Shown here: positions 58,989 through 64,000 of the stretch, piece after piece
How positions within the stretch are numbered: the stretch's first letter is position 1
Layout: each line of letters opens with the position of its first letter
DNA from: a virus
Virus record (IMG/VR): IMGVR_UViG_3300044609_000960
Coordinates: 1 to 64,000 of that record
DNA length: 64,000 nucleotides
Strand: one strand, 5' to 3'
Made by a program: the position numbers and the translations under genes
The notes under the pieces: model-generated
Databases searched by the model: none
Told to the model about the DNA's origin: nothing
Seen by the model: only the letters and a program-made list of their open reading frames with translations

Positions 58989-60062
58989 ATGTCTCTCTCC
59001 AACCTCTATTTTAGAGGGTGTTTTGAGCAACCCTCTCAAGAGCAGATTAACGCGGTTGAAGGGATACCCGGTGGTGGGGTGGAAGGGAGCGTTGTCGATA
59101 AATCTTGTGCCCGTACAGATTTAAATACTTGCGGGAAAACTATTCAAGAACTTTTTGAAGAATATCAGATATATTCTACACAAAAGGGACTATATAAAAC
59201 TTGGGGGGAGATCGAGTTTCCTTGGGAAATCTCTTCCCTTACTCCAGATTTATTTTTTGAACTTACAGACGATAAATGGGCTGTAAGTACATATAGAAGA
59301 ATTACTGCATATACTGAAGGCGCAAAAGTCCTGCTCATAGAAGATGATGGGTATGAGTTAGGATTATATGAAGCAAATCAAAATATACTCTCGATCTCTG
59401 GGCCATTTGACTATTCTAAGTGGGATAAAATTTGTAGTATAAAAACAACAATCCCAGTTGGCCTACCAACTCCAGAAGAACTCCGTGAGAGATACGCCGA
59501 ATACGCCTTGGAATATTTCTATGATGAGTGGGAGGAGATAGATAGCACATGGTCTGAGGGAACATATGAATTGGCATTACAAAATTGTCAGTCTCAAGGT
59601 GGAACTTTGGGAGATTTTGAGAAATGCATGAAAGATTCCAGTTCAGATGTATGGAAAAATGCCCGGGTTAGAAGGGAATTTTTCTATAAGCGAGGGGATA
59701 CTGTTAGAATAGAAGCAGAATGTGGTGACACAGTATGTATTTGGATCGCCATTCAAGATATGCCGGCCACTGAAGCAATATATGCTGAATATGCTAACTT
59801 CAAACCAGGGCCATATTGGCAAAAAATCTATTGCGTAAATACTAAAGCAAATAGATGTCTTGAGTATCAAAGACGTAAAGAACCGGCTCTTGGTTACGAT
59901 GTAGTTCAGATTGGGTCACTTGGGCATTATGTTGAGGTCCCGGTACCCTATAAATTAAAACCGATAATACCGGATCTTAATACAAGGGCTGAAATCCGTC
60001 CTGCTCCGGCAGTTTTAACACAAGAACAAATTGACGCTTTAGATCAACCAACGGAGGAATAA
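58989..60062 (+). CDS. Virion/baseplate-associated protein
   Basis: Late operon; two Y..G..V...W.KI-type modules. Confidence 0.6.
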   Translation: MSLSNLYFRGCFEQPSQEQINAVEGIPGGGVEGSVVDKSCARTDLNTCGKTIQELFEEYQIYSTQKGLYKTWGEIEFPWEISSLTPDLFFELTDDKWAVSTYRRITAYTEGAKVLLIEDDGYELGLYEANQNILSISGPFDYSKWDKICSIKTTIPVGLPTPEELRERYAEYALEYFYDEWEEIDSTWSEGTYELALQNCQSQGGTLGDFEKCMKDSSSDVWKNARVRREFFYKRGDTVRIEAECGDTVCIWIAIQDMPATEAIYAEYANFKPGPYWQKIYCVNTKANRCLEYQRRKEPALGYDVVQIGSLGHYVEVPVPYKLKPIIPDLNTRAEIRPAPAVLTQEQIDALDQPTEE

Positions 60063-60068
60063 GACATA

Positions 60069-60896
60069 ATGGCAAATGTATTCGGCGGAGGTGGTAACTG
60101 TGGGACAGGGGGAGTTCAAAAAGTACTTCCTACGTCTCCCGATGTAACTCAATCTACACAGACATTCTCTACTCAACCAAATATCTATTCAAAACCCCAA
60201 TCAACTACTGAAAATATAGATCTTCGTGATTTTTATACAAAAGTAGAGATTAATAAGGTTCTTAAAACTAAGGCTAATATAGGTAGCGTGTATGATAAAG
60301 ATACAGTAGATTCACTTATTCAAACTCTCGAAGGGCAAATTAACTCTTCTACGGCGGGAATGGTTACCGATGCGGAGTTATCTCAGCAACTTCTTTCACT
60401 ATCTCAGACTCTATTAGGTGATATCCAAACTAATTATTATGGAAAGTCTGTATTATATACCAAATATGAAATAGATGAACTTATTGCCGAAGTAACTACA
60501 GACCCAGATGACTTTATTACTAAAGCACCGACATCTTTACTTCAAAATACAATAAATCCTTTAGCAAATGAAGCTATTCCTTTAACCCTTATTGCATCTT
60601 CATCTCCTGATGTAGATGTAGTTCAACAGTGGATAGATAACGAATCCAACTCGATTGGTCGGATTAGAACCTCTGGGCAGATTGAGTTCTATGGTAATCT
60701 ATTCTTAGGACAAAATATTGAGTCTTGGCGCCCTGCTCTTGACGTGAGCGAAAGGAGAATCGCGGGTGTAGCTGATCCAATTCATGTTTTGGATGCAGTA
60801 AATAAAGGCTTTATGGAAGACTATATTACGGAAGTTATTGATAATGTAGTCCAAGGAGATGATAAGAACTACATCATCGATGCATTAGTATACTAA
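60069..60896 (+). CDS. Tail fibre-associated protein
   Basis: YTK.EI repeats; RIAGVADP...DAVNK motif. Confidence 0.65.
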   Translation: MANVFGGGGNCGTGGVQKVLPTSPDVTQSTQTFSTQPNIYSKPQSTTENIDLRDFYTKVEINKVLKTKANIGSVYDKDTVDSLIQTLEGQINSSTAGMVTDAELSQQLLSLSQTLLGDIQTNYYGKSVLYTKYEIDELIAEVTTDPDDFITKAPTSLLQNTINPLANEAIPLTLIASSSPDVDVVQQWIDNESNSIGRIRTSGQIEFYGNLFLGQNIESWRPALDVSERRIAGVADPIHVLDAVNKGFMEDYITEVIDNVVQGDDKNYIIDALVY

Positions 60897-60898
60897 TT

Positions 60899-62908
60899 AT
60901 GGCAGATCTTAGAGACAGAATTTATCACCGTCGTTCACCGGTAATTTCAAAACGTCCAGAATTAATTGATATCGATGATGGCGAGTTAGCCATTAATTAC
61001 AATGCAGATGAACCTGGTCTATATTTTAAAGATCTAGCAGGTGATGGCACAAGAAAAATCAGAAAGATTGGTCCGATTCATGTCGGTCCTACTCCTCCAA
61101 ATACCTATGCTGCTGCTCAAGGATACCCCACTGAACTTTCTAATGGAGAATGTTGGGTAGATACTAGTGGTGGTGAAGATTTTTATATATTAAAGGTATG
61201 GAATTCTAGTTCTTCTCAATGGATCGAGGCTTCTAGAATTTATGCACGTACCGATCTTAATCTTGATCAGTTTGTAGATGGGGAAGATGGGGATGATTTT
61301 ATCCACACTGATGAGATTCGTCTTAAGATTAACAATAAAACTGCTTTAGCTGGATTTTCCACTGCTGATGGTGATAAACTTATCATCAACGAGGATAACG
61401 AGTTTGCCAATGGAGTAGAGTTAAATGGAAAATCGTTTCTAATTACATCTGAAGAAGTAGAGACGATTAGTAATAATTTAGTTTTTAAGCCACATCAAGG
61501 ATATATTTTTACTACTGATAGCGTAGTAGGAACTTCTCAAACGGTATTTGAGTATTCTACTCACGGATTATTTAATGGTGAAAAAATATACGTATTTGGA
61601 ACATTAATTGATGGAATTACTCCTTCTCCGGTACCACAAGGGGAGTATTTTATTGCTGATTCAACTATTAACACATTCCGTCTAAAAACTATTAATGGAA
61701 ATTATGTTAATTCAACAGGAAATATCCATATATCATATTCTCCAGAGATCATTGTTGATAGAGACAGGAACGTAATCCAAGCCGGAAACTTCGGGATAAA
61801 AAGCGTTGATGATATTATTGAATATACTAATGGTTCGGGTCAGATTGCTGAAAAAACCTGGGATGTTTTCCATAACCCAACTAATGGAAATGTAAGAGTT
61901 TTTGCTAGAGTGGGTAATGAAGTAAATCAAATAGAGACATCATTACTCTCAATAGATGTTAAAAGCGCTGAACTTTCAGATACTATTTTAGCTGGGGACC
62001 CTGTATACTATTCTGGTCAAGATTTTGCTAATCGATTGGCAAAAGTTTCAAAAGCAAAGTCTTCAGATAATACAAAAATGCGGGCTATTGGCGTAGCTTT
62101 AAAAAACATATCCCCAGGATCCAGAGGTGTTGTTGTCCTTCTTGGTGAGGTAGGAGGGTTTAATACTTCTAATCTTCCCGGTGCATTACCAAATAACACT
62201 AGTAATCTTGGTAGAGTTGTTTATGTTGGGGAGAATGGGGGCCTAACATTCTCACAGCCTAATACGTCTATTGGAGACATATCACAACAGATAGGAATTT
62301 TAATTAGAGAAGATGCAACAGATGGGGCGATTATGGTCAACCACCCCAGTTCTTTTGTTTCTTTACCATCTCTACCTGAGAATTATATTTGGGCAGGAAT
62401 CACAAATGATATTGCAATTGCTCATTACCTACTACCAACTACGTTCCAAAGAACCTATGATAATTTAACTGATACATGGAAAATAGGACTTGCTGATAAT
62501 ATTGAATTTGGGGGATATAGATTCGCATCTGACGGAGAAAATTCTTCTAAAATTGAGACATTTGTAGATACAACTCAGGTCCCCTTTGATTCCTTTAGTC
62601 CATTTATTGTCGAGAAATTTTCTACCTCGTATCGTTCTGCGAAGTATATTGTTCAGGTATCTGGCTCTAGTGCAGATGGAACTGACTCTATGGTCTATCA
62701 AGTAGGTGAGATACTTATTGTCCATAATGAAACCAATGCTTTTGTAGTTGAATATGGTATGGTAAGTACATACCTCGATGAGAGACTGGGTCAATTTGAT
62801 GCGTATATAGATACTCAATCTTCAGAAGTGGTCCTTACATTCCAGAAATTTCCTCTTGTTGTCGATAATGTAGAGCTTAAGACAGTCCGTACCTCAATCT
62901 TAGTTTAA
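60899..62908 (+). CDS. Tail fibre protein
   Basis: RP....DGELAINYN..EPGLYFKD...KIGP.HVG..PN N-terminus; C-terminal YRSAKY...EILIVH...EYG. Confidence 0.8.
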   Translation: MADLRDRIYHRRSPVISKRPELIDIDDGELAINYNADEPGLYFKDLAGDGTRKIRKIGPIHVGPTPPNTYAAAQGYPTELSNGECWVDTSGGEDFYILKVWNSSSSQWIEASRIYARTDLNLDQFVDGEDGDDFIHTDEIRLKINNKTALAGFSTADGDKLIINEDNEFANGVELNGKSFLITSEEVETISNNLVFKPHQGYIFTTDSVVGTSQTVFEYSTHGLFNGEKIYVFGTLIDGITPSPVPQGEYFIADSTINTFRLKTINGNYVNSTGNIHISYSPEIIVDRDRNVIQAGNFGIKSVDDIIEYTNGSGQIAEKTWDVFHNPTNGNVRVFARVGNEVNQIETSLLSIDVKSAELSDTILAGDPVYYSGQDFANRLAKVSKAKSSDNTKMRAIGVALKNISPGSRGVVVLLGEVGGFNTSNLPGALPNNTSNLGRVVYVGENGGLTFSQPNTSIGDISQQIGILIREDATDGAIMVNHPSSFVSLPSLPENYIWAGITNDIAIAHYLLPTTFQRTYDNLTDTWKIGLADNIEFGGYRFASDGENSSKIETFVDTTQVPFDSFSPFIVEKFSTSYRSAKYIVQVSGSSADGTDSMVYQVGEILIVHNETNAFVVEYGMVSTYLDERLGQFDAYIDTQSSEVVLTFQKFPLVVDNVELKTVRTSILV

Positions 62909-62955
62909 AGCCATATATAGATTTCTATTATTGCTCGGGGGAGCTGTGAACCCGT

Positions 62956-64000
62956 ATGGCTACAAATCGTAGGTTTAATGTGCGTCATGGCCTGTCTGCT
63001 GGGACAGGTACTCTTTTAAAAGATGTAGTTACAAATAATGGTACTTTAGTAGATGTTGGAGAATTAAGTGGTTTAGATACCTCTTCGAGATCGACTATCG
63101 TCCAGGCTATAAATGAAGTAAATACTATTGCAACTGATACTTCACAAGCCCTTCAATCAGCCGGAGAACCTAACGGATTTGAGAATAGACTACATTCTGA
63201 GATTTCTTTTCAGAACTCAATTCGTACTTTTACGATTTCTCCAAACTCAACAGACGGACATACTTCCTATTATGTGTGGGCTGGGGGTGTTAGAAGGCAG
63301 ATCGTTAATAATTTAACAATTTCTCTACCCACCACTACTGGTCTTTATTACATATATTTCAATTCCTCTGGGAATTTAAGCCATAGGACTTCATACTTCG
63401 ATCTAAAGATTGATACTCCAGTAGCTTATATATATTGGAATGCTGTAACTGAAACTGCCGAATTATTCGGAGATCTCCGCCATGATGCTACTCTGGACTG
63501 GAGTACACAGAGATATCTCCATGATACTTTTGGCGTAGTAGTTTCTTCTGGATTTAATCTTCAAGGTTATACTCTTGAGGGTGATGGATCGCTAGATTCT
63601 CACGCCCAAGTTGGTCTTGCCAATGGCACGATTCATAATGCTGATATTGTTGTAACTGTAACTCATAGCGCAACTCCTGTCTTAGGTGATTTTGAACAGA
63701 AGTTAAGTTTCCCTGCTGAGATCCCAGTGATGTATCAGAGCGGAGCCACTGGTATATGGACAGTGGATGGAGCCACTACATATCCCATCAAGACATCTGG
63801 TACTACTATTCAGTATAATGTAAATAACGCCGGAGCATGGTCCACTCAACCACTTACCAGTGGGTACTATATGTCAACTTGGCTGCTAGTATCTACTAAT
63901 TTAGAGTATCCTATTCTCTCACTTCTGGGACAAAATCAATACGCAACTCAAGGTGAGGCCGAGGCATCAGACTTTGACGACCTAGACCTAACAAATATAC
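62956..64000 (+). CDS. Tail fibre-like protein, runs off the window end
   Basis: Frame from MATNRRFNVRHGLS read by hand for ~95 codons; N-terminus like 13204-14868; absent from ORF track, consistent with no stop in window. Confidence 0.75.
   Translation, partial: MATNRRFNVRHGLSAGTGTLLKDVVTNNGTLVDVGELSGLDTSSRSTIVQAINEVNTIATDTSQALQSAGEPNGFENRLHSEISFQNSIRTFTISPNSTDGHTSYYVWAGGVRRQIVNNLTISLPTTTGLYYIYFNSSGNLSHRTSYFDLKIDTPVAYIYWNAVTETAELFGDLRHDATLDWSTQRYLHDTFGVVVSSGFNLQGYTLEGDGSLDSHAQVGLANGTIHNADIVVTVTHSATPVLGDFEQKLSFPAEIPVMYQSGATGIWTVDGATTYPIKTSGTTIQYNVNNAGAWSTQPLTSGYYMSTWLLVSTNLEYPILSLLGQNQYATQGEAEASDFDDLDLTNI

Noticed and set aside
1-64000. Alternative genetic code or diversity-generating retroelement
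   Set aside because: Conserved genes are full-length in the standard code; no reverse transcriptase or TR/VR pair seen

Overview
A 64-kb segment of a large lytic, non-T4-like cyanomyophage, probably from freshwater and infecting Synechococcus/Cyanobium. It resembles the S-TIM5 type in pairing a mitochondrial Pol-gamma-like family A polymerase with psbA/hli genes. From left to right: (i) a repeat-rich non-coding region, a candidate origin (1-730); (ii) a replication/DNA-modification/auxiliary block (gyrA/parC-like, T4 alpha-glucosyltransferase homolog coupled to UDP-galactopyranose mutase, psbA, PebA-like bilin reductase, degenerate Dam, speD, glcG, SLH porin, hli, CP12-like, DenV-like, Pol-gamma-like); (iii) ten tRNA genes interleaved with unexplained structured RNAs; (iv) a 12.6-kb run of about 50 tiny overlapping ORFs with repeated promoter cassettes; (v) a late module with Mu-like head genes (protease/scaffold, capsid, cement, gp36/gp37-like, DUF935 portal), sheath, tube, chaperones and fibres. 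The top candidates for novel biology are (1) the coupled agt-glf pair, which predicts a furanose-sugar (Galf/Araf) DNA hypermodification, and (2) a tRNA-array RNA made of two tandem, circularly permuted T-arm/acceptor minihelices, both carrying G3-U70. A phage-specific GTTTAAAG late-promoter motif is also evident. All family calls are by-eye motif recognition; no database searches were run.
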